Part shown: positions 26,330-38,817 of the stretch, piece after piece
Numbering within the stretch: position 1 is the first letter of the stretch
How the letters are laid out: each line of letters starts with the position of its first letter
Assembly (NCBI GenBank): GCA_951406725.2
Contig: OX597842.1
Span: 1,922,001-1,986,000, forward strand
Direction: 5' to 3'
DNA length: 64,000 nt
Source of the DNA: Octopus vulgaris
Taxonomy: Eukaryota
The notes under the pieces: generated by a model
Seen by the model: only the letters and a program-made list of their open reading frames with translations
Database searches by the model: none
Told to the model about the DNA's origin: nothing
Program-made: the position numbers and the translations under genes

Positions 26330-26570
26330 ACAATACAAAGACACATGGACACACACATATAATTAATATACATACATACACACACATATATATGTACACA
26401 CACACATGTATGTATGTACATTCATACATAAATATATATATGCTCATACATACACATACAAATATATACATACACACACATATATATGCATATACACATA
26501 GACACACAACACAGACATACATATATGTATGCATACAGACACATACATACATACATACATACACACATTC

Positions 26571-26619
<49 letters not shown>

Positions 26620-26961
26620 AATTCATATATATATATATATACATATATATATACATATATAGACACATTCATATATACATATATATACATATATATAAAC
26701 ACATTCATATATATATATATATATATATAATATATATATATATACATATATATATATATTCATATATATACACACACATTCATATATATACAGACATACT
26801 TATATGTGTATACATACATATACACACATTCATATATATATATATATACATACATATATATACACACATTCATATATATATATACATACATACATATATA
26901 TACACACATTCATATATATATATACATACATACATATATATACACACATTCATATATATAT

Positions 26962-26994
<33 letters not shown>

Positions 26995-27017
26995 CACACA
27001 TTCATATATATATATAT

Positions 27018-27105
<88 letters not shown>

Positions 27106-27237
27106 TCATCTGTACATTCATATATATGCACACACATATATATATATATTCATATATATAAATATATACACACACATTCATATATATATTCATATATATA
27201 AATATATACACATACATAAATATATAAACACACATAC

Positions 27238-27268
<31 letters not shown>

Positions 27269-27270
27269 CA
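26330..27270. repeat. (TA/CA) compound microsatellite
   Basis: Direct inspection. Confidence 0.95.
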
Positions 27271-27989
27271 AACTTACTCCCCAACACTTCCTTCCACCCA
27301 TGCCCCACACTCCGTCTGTCTCTCACAATACAATATCGGCCAGGACCAAACACCCCACACACCGACACACTCGCCCATCCATCCACTCACCCTCCCTTCC
27401 CAACTCTCTGATACAGACGCACAGACACTGCCTTCCCACCCCATAGCCACCCCCCACACACACACCTCCTCCCCCAAACACCCACCTCGCAGCCTCCTCC
27501 ACCCCTGCCACCACCTTGCAACAAAAGACAAAAGAAATCAGTTACATAATTCAATTGTAACTCGCTTTAGTCTGACGGTGCTTGAGACGACAACAACAAC
27601 GACAACAACAACGACAACAACAATGACAACAAGGTGCCATGATGACAATAATTATAATGACAACAGCAGCAGCAGCAGCAGCAACAATGCCAACCACAAT
27701 GGTAAGGACAGAAATAACAGGAATAATGAGAATAATGGCAAAGGCATGGTTGGGTGGTTAAAGAGCTAGCTTTGCAACCATGTGGTCTTGAGTTCAGTCT
27801 CACCACGTGGCATCTTGGAGGAGTGATTTCTGCTATAGTCTCAGACTGCCCAATGCCTTGTGAGTGAATTTGGTAGATGGAAACTAAAAGAAGCCCATCG
27901 TGTGGGTGTGTGTAAATATAGGTACAGGCATGGCCATGTGGTAACAAGCTTGCTTCTTACCACATGGCCATGTGCTTACCACATGCTTA

Positions 27990-28222
27990 AGGCGGCGAGC
28001 TGGCAGAAACGTTAGCATGCCGGGCGAAATGTTTAGCGGTATTTCATCTGCCATTATGTTCTGTGTTCAAATTCCGCCGAGGCCAACTTTGCCTTTCATC
28101 CTTTCGGGGTCGATAAATTAAGTACCAGTTATGCACTGGGATTGATGTAATCGACTTAATCCCTTTGTCTATCCTTGTTCCCCCCCTCTATGTTTAGCCC
28201 TTTGTGGGTGATAAATAAATAA
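27990..28222 (+). mobile_element. SINE family B nested in SINE A
   Basis: ggcggcgagctggcagaaacgttagc..gttcaaattccgccgagg..gcctttcatcctttcggggtcg; other copies at 29175-29391(-), 45208-45440(+), 55941-56157(-). Confidence 0.8.
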
Positions 28223-29132
28223 GAAGCTTGCTTACCAACTACATGGTTCTGGGTTCAGTCCCACTGCATGGAACCTTGGGCAAGTGTCTTCTACTATAGC
28301 CTCTTGCTGACCAAAGCCTTGTGAGTGGATTTGGCAGACAGAAACTGAAAGAAGCTCCTTGTACATATATATAAAGGATATGAGGGGTTTAATTCACTGG
28401 TGCTCTAAATGAATAGGTATACTGGGCAAGTGCTATAATTGGTCATCCGTAAGGTTCCAAGTTCATAGTTGAGGCTGGAACTAGGGATCCATATTAGGCT
28501 TCCAAATTAGCAGGTATAGATTATATTACAGGATAAAGGACAACAAATCCAAGGCAAGACAGGCATCTCAAGTCATTTAGAATATTTAATTAGGGTAAGG
28601 CAAAGTCTTACAGCTGTTTCTGGGATATCCCAAGATATTAACTGCTGAGTAATTTCCAATCTCAGCACGCCAAAGTGAAGGCATTTGAAAGGATAGACAT
28701 AAATATAATTTGTGGAACTTTATACGTGCTGGATTTCGGTCGAGCATTCTGTGTCTGGTTCTGGAAATTGTGTTTTGTAAACGACAGACTATGCTGATGC
28801 TCTTGCAGATGCTTGCGTATCCATATACGTAAATATTAACAAGTGAAACTAATTAGTACATAGGTAATCGTTTTTTTATTTCCTATATTTTCATTTGTTT
28901 TGCTTATTTTTACACTATGGTTTTTTGCTGAATTTTTTCTTGAGAAAACATTCTTCATGGTAAATGGCGATTTTGCCGCCTATATCTAGCATATAGGCTG
29001 TCCATTTTTTTAGTGGTCAGTCCTCTAAATTTTGTATATAAAAAAATTTTTAATCTTTGTATTTTTTTTTTAAATATGCTAGGCCACTGGTTTTAATTAA
29101 TTAATATCAATTTCTACCCTTATTTAATTTGA

Positions 29133-29176
<44 letters not shown>

Positions 29177-29774
29177 CTTCACTAACCACAAGGAGCTAAA
29201 CACAGAGGAGACAAACAAGGACAGACAAACAGATTAAGTCGATTACATCACCCCAGTGCGTAACTGGTACTTAATTTATCGACCCTGGAAGGATGAAAGG
29301 CAAAGTCGACCTCGGCGGAATTTGAACTCGGAACGTAACGGCAGACGAAATACAGCAACGCATTTCGCCCGGCATGCTAACGTTTCTGCCAATATATATA
29401 TTGGCATTCGCCATGATAGATTGGTAGCCACTACACACATTTTTTTCTTTCCTTGTTTCTTTTTGTGGAAGAGCATAGACTCGAAACATTAAAGACTTTT
29501 TCAATTCCTGAGCATTATACTACTACATCTTTGTTTTCCAAACCACCTGTCTTCGTCTTTTGTTTTTTCAAGAATTCTTCCTCTCTCTCTCTCTCTATAT
29601 ATATATTTGTAGGTGTGGTTGTCTGGTAAGAAGCTTGCTTCCCAACCACATGGCTCAAGGTTCAGTCCCACTGCATGGTACGTTGGGCAAGTGCATTTTA
29701 CTACAACCTCGGGCTGACCAAAGCCTTGTGACTGGATTTGGTAGATGGAAACTGAAAGAAGCCTGTTGTATGTG

Positions 29775-29815
<41 letters not shown>

Positions 29816-29998
29816 CTGTCTCCCCACCATAATTTGACAACCAATGTTGGTGTGTTTACAGCCCCCATAACATAGCATTTCAGCAAAAGAAACCGAGAGA
29901 ATAAGTACTAGGCTTACAAAGAATAAATCCTGGGGTTAATTTGTTCAACTAAAGGTGGTGCTCCAGCATGGCCACATGAAACAAGTAAATGAATAAAA

Positions 29999-30041
<43 letters not shown>

Positions 30042-30182
30042 ACTTATAAATAAGGGCAAACGAAAAAATTTCTAATGCCAAATATGCTGAAAAATTGGAC
30101 ATTTACCATATAATTTTTTTCCCCAGTATACACACTACTCGAAAAAAGGCCAACAGAAATTTCTAAAAAATCCATTATTACC

Positions 30183-30237
30183 ATATCGGACCGATTTCAG
30201 AGTTAGCTACTAAGAGCCCTCTCTTCATCAGTGATAC
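30183..30237 (-). ncRNA. Minimal type I hammerhead ribozyme, canonical core
   Basis: Minus strand: gtatca-CTGATGA-agag agggctc ttagtagctaa ctct-GAAA-tcg-GTC-cgatat; lies in a ~300-bp element between (TA)n tracts. Confidence 0.75.
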
Positions 30238-30547
30238 ATGTGGCAAAAAGAAATAAATGAGATACTTACTCATACCCATGGAAGAAGCAAACACTAAGTC
30301 ATGAGCACAACTAAGTACCCCAAATAAATCCAAAATAGAAATACTCCATATATATATATATATATATATATATGCAGGAACAGGTATGGCTGTGTAGCAA
30401 GAAGTTTGCTTCCTAATCACATGGTTCTGTGTTCAATCCTGCAACATGGAATCCTGGGCAAGTGTGTTCTACTCTAGCCCTATGCTCTGTGAGTGGATGT
30501 TGGAGATGGAATCTGAAAGAAGCCCATCATATGTATATGTGTGTGTA

Positions 30548-30579
<32 letters not shown>

Positions 30580-30586
<7 letters not shown>

Positions 30587-30881
30587 ATCACGTGACCGAC
30601 CAGTCCATCAGATGAAGTTACACATCGCTGGTCACAATACGGTCACATTGTTTTAGCCTTTGAATGACGCCACCCCGCTGGCTAAGCGACCAGGCCAACA
30701 AAAGAAAGAGTGGGAGAAAGAGTGGTGAAAGAGTACAGCAGGGATCACCACCCCCTGCCGGAGCCTCGTGGAGCTTTTAGGAGTATTCGCTCAATAACAC
30801 TCACAACGCCCGGTCTGGGAATCGAAACTGTGATCCTATGACCGCGAGTCCGCTGCCCTAACCACTGGGCCATTGCGCCTC

Positions 30882-30884
<3 letters not shown>
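30580..30884 (-). mobile_element. tRNA-derived SINE (family C) inserted in (TA)n
   Basis: Minus strand ggaggcgcaatggcccagtggttaggg..gtttcgattccc; 3' end palindrome tcacgtgatcacgtga. Confidence 0.8.
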
Positions 30885-30929
<45 letters not shown>

Positions 30930-31453
30930 ACTATGTGTGACTATGTGGCAAGAAGTTTTCTTTCCAAACCACATGGTTCTGGTTTCAGATCCACAGTGTG
31001 GCACCTTAGCCAACACCTATCATTACTGTAACTTACCAGTTCACCAAAAGAGATGAATTGGATACATACAAAACATAGAAATAAGTACAGGGGTTAATTT
31101 ATTTTAGTAAACCTTTGAAGGCAGTGCCCCAGCATGGCCACAGCCCAATGACTGAAACAAAAGATAGAAAACAACAACATAACACTCATGAAGAACATTG
31201 TCACTTGTGAGAAATAGCAGCAAAATTCTTCACCTTACACTTAACAATGATCAAAAATGAAGGACACATATAAGCACAGGTATGGCTGTGTGTTAAGAAG
31301 CTTGCTTCCCAACCACATGGTTCAAGGTTCGGTTCTACTGCATGGCACCTTGAGCAAATGTCTTCTACTACAGCCTATGCCCAACCAAAGCCTTATGGGT
31401 GGATTTGATAGACAGAAACTGAAAGAAGCCTGTTGTGTGTGTGTGTGCGTGTG

Positions 31454-31494
<41 letters not shown>

Positions 31495-31496
<2 letters not shown>

Positions 31497-31702
31497 GATG
31501 CCATATAGAGGACGCCATGATAGATCGTTAGCTCCTACACGCATTTTTTCTCTCTTTGTTTTTTTCCTGTGTATCTTTCTGTCGAAGAGCGTAGGCTCGA
31601 AATGTAAAAGACTGTTTCTATTCCTAAGCGCCATACTAATACATTTGTTTGTTTGTACTCCACCTGCCTTCGTCTTTTGTTTATTTTCGTAAACTTTCCC
31701 GT

Positions 31703-31705
<3 letters not shown>
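31495..31705 (+). mobile_element. ~200-bp non-coding element with an HHR-like motif, between TA/TG tracts inside a SINE A
   Basis: Relatives at 29400-29580 and 36420-36650; motif tcttt-CTGTCGA-a-gagc gtag gctc-GAAA-tGTA-aaaga at 31574-31611. Confidence 0.65.
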
Positions 31706-31757
<52 letters not shown>

Positions 31758-32086
31758 TTAAGTGTGTGTGTCTTCGTGTTTGTCCTCCCCGCCATCATCA
31801 CTTGACAACCAATGCTGGTGTGTTTATGCCCCTGGAACTTAGTGGTTCAGCAGAAGAGACTGATAGATTAAGTATTATGTTGTTCCGAAAATAATGGCTG
31901 CTCTAAGTGTTTTGAAACGCAATTTTAACATAGTATTTTAATTATATTTTCGGTGATGTTCGACATACTTAATAATTGATGCATGCTCTGTAATAATTTT
32001 CTACTTATTTCAGACAGAAAACATTCTTGAAGCATAGGCTAAACAACAACTATACTATTATACTATACAATAGTATAATAGTATAA

Positions 32087-32506
32087 TAGGCGCAGGAGTG
32101 GCTGTGTGGTAAGTAGCTTGCTTACTAACCACATGGTTCCGGGTTCAGTCCCACTGTGTGACATCTTGGGCAAGTGTCTTCTGCTATAGCCCCAGGCCGA
32201 CCAATGCCTTGTGAGTGGATTTGGTAGACAGAAACTGAAAGAAGCTTGTCGTATTTATGCATGTATATATATATATATATGTATGTGTGTATGTTAGTGT
32301 GTCTGTGTTTGTCCCCCCACCATCGCTTGACAACCGATTCTGGTGTGTTTAAGTCCTCGTCACTTAGCGGTTCGGCAAAAAGAGACCGATAGAATAAGTA
32401 CTGGGCTTACAAAGAATAAGTCCCGGGGTCGATTTGCTCGACTAAAGGTGGTGCTCCAGCATGGCCGCAGTCAAATGACTGAAACAAGTAAAAGAGTAAA
32501 AGAGTA
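32087..32506 (+). mobile_element. SINE family A, full length
   Basis: Family head and tail. Confidence 0.9.
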
Positions 32507-33845
32507 AATAGATTATGTACTCTTAGATACACTATGCATGAAAATAAGATGGAATGGTCACAACTGGAACATTTTTGATCATAGATCTGCTGGATCAGGA
32601 CTGACCTGGGGCTAAATAACATCAATTATAGCCAGTGATACTATCATACTATACATTAGATAATGTAGTCCTAGATACATAATATCTGAATAAAAGATTG
32701 GATGGTCACGGCTGGACTATCTTTGATCACAGGTCTCTCTGGATCAGGGCTGACCTGGGGCTAAATAACATCAATTATAGCCAGTGATACTATCATACTA
32801 TACATTAGATAATGTAGTCCTAGATACATAATATCTGAATAAAAGATTGGATGGTCACGGCTGGACTGTCTTTGATCACAGGTCTCTCTGGATCAGGGCT
32901 GACCTAGGGCTAAACAACAACTAAAACCACTAATAATACCTACTATACTATACATTAGATAATGTAGTCCTCGACTGAATAAAAGATGGGATGGTCACAG
33001 ATGGAGCAACTTTGATCATAAGTTTGCTTGATCAGGATTGACTTGAGCCTAAACAACAATAATTATAACCACTAATATTAACTCCTATACTGCACATAAG
33101 ATAATGGAGTCCTAGATACACTATGTCTGAATAATAAATGGGATGGACACAGCTGGAATGTCTTTGATCATAAGCCTATCTGGATCTAGACACACTGCTA
33201 ATACTAACTACTATACTGAACATTAGATAATGTAGTCCTAGATACACTATGCCTGAATAATAGACGGGATGGTCACAAATGGAACGTCTTTGATCATAAG
33301 CCTATCTGGATCTAGATACACCACTAATACTAACTAGTATACTGAACTTTAGATAAAGGAGTCCTAGATGCACTATGTCTGAATAATAGATGGGATGGTC
33401 ACAACTGGAACGTCTTTGATCATAAGCCTATCTGGATCTAGACACACCACTAATACTAACTACTATACTGAACATTAGATAATGTAGTCCTAGGTATACT
33501 ATGTCTGAATAATAGATGGGATGGTCACAAATGGAACGTCTTTGATCATAAGCCTATCCGGATCTAGACACACCACTAATTCTAACTACTATACTGCACA
33601 TTAGATAATGTAGTCCTAGATATACTATGCCTGAATAAAAGATGGGATGGTCACAAATGGAACGTCTTTGATCATAAGCCTATCTGGATCTAGACACACC
33701 ACTAATTCTAACAACTATACTGCACATTAGATAATGTAGTCCTAGATATACTATGCCTGAATAAAAGATGGGATAGTCATATCTGGAATAGCCTTGATCA
33801 TAGATAAGTCTGCTGAATCAGGATTGACCTGTGGCTAAACAACAC
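32507..33845. repeat. Tandem array of the same family as 4280-5520; unit ~149 bp shifting to ~125 bp
   Basis: agtcct(a/c)g at ~32667, 32816, 32966, 33108, 33235, 33360, 33486, 33612, 33738. Confidence 0.9.
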
Positions 33846-35401
33846 TTATTACAACTACAACCACAACTACAACCACAACAACAACAACCATTCGACCATA
33901 TTGCACCATTACCACCACCGCAATCTCAGTACTATGTCCAGCACCACTGATTACCATGACCAACACTACTAATACTACCACCAAAACCACAACCATCAAA
34001 ACTAACGCTTTACCACAACAACCACCATCAACAACATTACCTCAACCACCACTCTAGCAACACCACCACAACCACAACCACTACAATTACTAAATGAAAC
34101 ACCCTTCCAATTACACAACCACTACCACCATCACCAACACCACCATCATCTCAATCACCACCACCACTACCACCACTATCATTATGAATAACACCACCTC
34201 TATAACCACAGCCACAACTACCAACATCACAAAAACAAAACCCTCTCAAAATAAAACCACCACCACCACCATCACCAACACTGACAATCCTCTTATGGCC
34301 AGCCCCAAAAGCAGAACAGGTTATGTAATTATGGAAGTACAGCCCTAGGGAGGGAATGTGGAACTGGCTGGGAATTGAAACAAGATACACACACACACAC
34401 ATATACACAGACAGAAACACTCATGTGTGAGTGGATGTATGTAAGTGTGTATGTGATGTCTCAGTGTATGTGTAAGAGGATGTGTATAGTGTGTGTGTGT
34501 GAGTGTGTATGTGTGTATATATATATATATACATATATATATGTATACACATACTGAGAAAGAGTGTGTGTGTGTGTGTGTATATACATATAGATATACA
34601 CACATATATATAGTGAGTACAGAATGACTATGTGATTATTTCTGTGTGTTTGTGTGTGTGTGTGTGTCTGTGTGTGTGTGTGTGTGTGTGTACGTGTGTG
34701 TGATAATTTCATCACCAGACTCAACTTTGGCAAATTTACCAATGAATAATTTACAGACGTGCGCAGCCCTCCTCCTGGGACGACCCAAAGCAACTCATAA
34801 CACAGATTTGGGGGCCTCTTTTTTAACCTCGTGCTTCCAACACATCTATCACAGACACACACACACGCATATGCATGGAAACTTGGAAAGAGGACACAGA
34901 ATGGTAGTGGCAATGATGATGATGACGATGATGGTGGTGATGATGATGATGGTGGTGATGATGATGATGATGATGATGATGATGACATCCCCATAGACAG
35001 ACTGGACTATATATGTTCTTTCCTACTACAACATAGAGATAAAAACTAGTGCTTTTATGCATGCCAAGATTTATATACGTATATGTATATATGCATATAT
35101 ATACATATATGCATTTATATATATATATAGCATCATCATTATCTTCATCGTCAACATCACCATTTTATGTCTGTTTTCAAAACAGGCAGCAAGATGGCAG
35201 AATGGTTAGCACACCAGACAAATTGTTTAGTAGCATTTCATGTCTTAATGCTCTAAGTTCAAATTCTGCTGAGGTCAGCTTTGCTTTTCACCTTTTCGAT
35301 ATAATAAGTACCAGTCAGGCACTGGAGTCAATATGATTGACTAACCCACTCCTCAATATTGCTGGCCTTGTGCCAAAATTTGATACCAATGTCCATATTT
35401 C

Positions 35402-35640
35402 CATCATCATCATCATTGTTCGACTGTAGTCGAGACAATGGAATTTACCATGCTACGCCAGACTTCACGGTCCATCATAGCATTACGGAGGTCCTGTTGC
35501 TGGATGCCTGTATCCCTGGAGATTACATCAGGGTAGGAGAGTGTGCACCCTCTGGTATTGCGAGTAGATGGCTTCCAGAGGAGAAGAGTAGAAATTACCT
35601 CTTTTTCAGCTCTACAACAATGTCCAGCAAACTGGACTTT
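35402..35640 (-). mobile_element. RTE-clade LINE 3' fragment
   Basis: VQFAGHCCRAEKEVISTLLLWKP..DREVWRSMVNSIVSTTVEQ* followed by (GAT)n. Confidence 0.75.
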
Positions 35641-35695
35641 CCTACCTTTCACAAGAGATGACACAGGTGGTATTTCCATGCAGGCATGGGTTGAA

Positions 35696-35734
<39 letters not shown>

Positions 35735-35880
35735 GTCAATCCAAACGTGAACAAGCAAAAAAAATAACAACGTGAGGATGTGGAATAAGTACAATGTTAT
35801 TGGATGCTCAGGAAAAGTCCAAAGAAGGAAGACAGAGAAAGAAAATCACCAATGATACACACGCAGTCACACACACATAC

Positions 35881-35968
<88 letters not shown>

Positions 35969-37464
35969 ATTTGAAGGTTTGGAGATGATGTACAGGTATT
36001 TTATATTAGAGGAAATGAGGTACTCAGAAAATCGGATGGTTTATATTTACAGATATTTATTTGTATATTACATTTTTTATACATCATATAACTTAGATCA
36101 TGTATTAGCGCTTTCTCCCATTCTAGTGGGGTTTTCTAATCAAAGGAACTTAGTTTGATATGTATATATGTATATATATGTTAAACTCGACCACACATGC
36201 ATACATATGCACACACCCTCACCACACCCCAAGTCTTATTCTTTGTAAGCCTAGTACTTATTCTATCGGTCTCTTTTGCCAAACCGCTAAGTTACAGGGA
36301 CGTAAACACACCAGCATCGTTTGTTAAGCGATGTTGGGGGGACAAACACAGACACACAAACATATACACACATACAGTCTCACCATTCTCACACACACAC
36401 ACACACACTTGAGCATCCCAGTTCAGCCAGCTCACTCTTATTTCCCCTTCCAGTGGTCTCTTTCTTTCAGTTATTTCAATATGTGAAACCATTAATCCTG
36501 ACACTTTATTTTCCATCTCATCCCCTTCTGTTGAAGAGCACACGCTCAAAATGTCAAAGACTTTTTCATTTTTCTTGAGCGTCAAACTAATGCACCTTCT
36601 TGTTGCTCCCTCACCTTTCTAGGTCTTTCGTTTTCTAAACATCTGAACCACATTTATATACATGATGATTGCCTCATCTTGTCAGTTGATAGACATTTCA
36701 CATTCAAGTGAGACATCTGGTTTAAGTAACAAAGTCTCAAGTGAGACATCTGGTTTAAGTAACAAAAGCTTGTACAATACTTTTGCCAATCTCTTGGTCA
36801 CTGTCAAGGGTTCCAGAGACAAGTATTTCCACATAACCACATGTCATAGCAGCAGATCTCCCTGGCCGTACTTGACCAGTAAACCATGTCCAGACTGTGA
36901 GACATCTGTATGTCATTGAATTCAAGTGACAAAGGCTTGTACAACACTTTTGCCACTCTCTCGGTCCCTACTGAGGGTTCCAGGGACAAGCATTGCAAGA
37001 TGACTGCATGTCATGGCAGCATGTGACCCCGTGCTAGTAATATGTAAGAGGAATCCATGCCGGTGGCACATCATAGCACCTATGTCAGTGACAAGTAAGA
37101 GGCATCCATGCTGGTGACATATAAATGACACCCACTACACTCGTGGAGAGGTTGGCATCAGGAAGGGCATCCAGGTGTAGAAACCAAGTCAAATTAGACT
37201 GGAGCCTGGTGCAGCTCTCCAGCTTGCCAGCTACGGTCAAACTCTCTAACCCATGTCAGCATGGAAAACGGATGCTAAATCATCATTTGCACAGGGCTAT
37301 AGTACATTAGCCCAAGGTGTCATGCAATGGAACTGAACCCAAAACCATGTGGTTGGGAATCAAACTCCTTACCACACACCTGTGTGTGTATGTATATATA
37401 TAGCGGATCTATTTCTAGCATAAGGGTGTCCACATAGTGGTTTCCTTCTAATATGTATATATAT

Positions 37465-37918
37465 ATACTCTTTTACTTGTTTCAGTCATTTTACTGTAGC
37501 CATGCTCAAGCACCGCCTTTATTCGAGCAAATCAACCCCAGGACTTATTCTTTGTAAGCCTAGTACTTATTGTATCGGTCTCTTTTGCCGAGCCGCTAAG
37601 TTACGGGAATGTAAACACACCAGCATGGGTTGTTAAGCGATGTTGGGGGGACAAACAGACACACAGACTTATACCTATATATATATATATACATATATAT
37701 ATACATATATACATATACATATATACATACACACATATACATATATATATACATATATACATATATACATATATATATATACATATATACATATATATAT
37801 ACATATATATATATATACATACATATATACATATATATATATACATATATACATATATATATACTTATATACATATACATATATACATATATATATATAT
37901 ACATATATATATATTTAT

Positions 37919-37981
<63 letters not shown>

Positions 37982-38052
37982 TATATGATGGGACTGAACC
38001 CGGAACTATGTGGTTGGTAAGCAGGCTACTTACCACACAGCCACTCCTATGC
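37465..38052 (-). mobile_element. SINE family A (internal deletion, expanded TA/CA tract)
   Basis: Family head and tail. Confidence 0.8.
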
Positions 38053-38255
38053 CTATATATATATATATATATATATATACGTTTAAATATTTGTTGTGCA
38101 AGATTTTTTATGTGAAGTCGTGTGTTGAAACAGATATTGTTATATTTCGGAATGGTCATATTGCCAGTTTAGCCAATAAAAACACACGCACTATATATTT
38201 GGTGTTATTTTGCTTCAGTGATATTTATTTTTTACATTAATCTTAATCTTATTTT

Positions 38256-38300
38256 GGCCAAAGTTCTTTCGTCACACTCCTGTGACCGCATCAGTGGTCC
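38256..38300 (-). ncRNA. Variant minimal hammerhead motif in PLE 3' region (left copy)
   Basis: Mirror of 43418-43462. Confidence 0.6.
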
Positions 38301-38817
38301 TTTGTTTTCTTCTCACTTACTTGTGTCTCTCCTTACTAACCGTCAGCCATTTTGTATTTCTATTGTATGTCTTCATTTGCGCATGCTTATATCTCTATGT
38401 GCGTCTATGTTTATTTAGTGTGTGGGGGGGGGGATGTCTGTAATATTTGTATCTTCTGGTTATATACATTCTTGTAATTTGTATTTTGTTTTTGTTGTTG
38501 TTGCTTTTGTTCTAATTTTGTTCATGTGTTTACATCCACCCATTATTATCATTACATATGCTTGTATGTATGTATAACAACAATATTAGTAATAATAATA
38601 ATAAATCTAATCGATAAAAAAAAAAAAAAAAAAAGAATATACATATACATATATATATATATACATACATATACATATACATATATATATATACATATAT
38701 ACACACACATATACACATATACATATACATATATATACACATATACATACATATAGATATTCATTTCTATTTCTTTAATTACCTGTGTATTTATTATGTT
38801 TGCAGGATCCACTATTG

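Noticed and set aside
26215-27769. Long IYIY/HTHT ORFs (also at 12.3, 37.6, 44, 48.7, 53, 59 and 60 kb)
   Set aside because: Di- and tetranucleotide microsatellites lacking stop codons
28604-28632. Complete hammerhead (minus strand GAAAC-agct-GTA; similar half-site at 20804-20822)
   Set aside because: Only the 3' half is present; no matching CUGANGA or stem I was found, so it counts only as a remnant
32051-32085. 15-bp-arm AT-rich hairpin (also 13-bp arms at ~20965-20994)
   Set aside because: Short and low-complexity; explicable by local slippage or template switching, no function inferable
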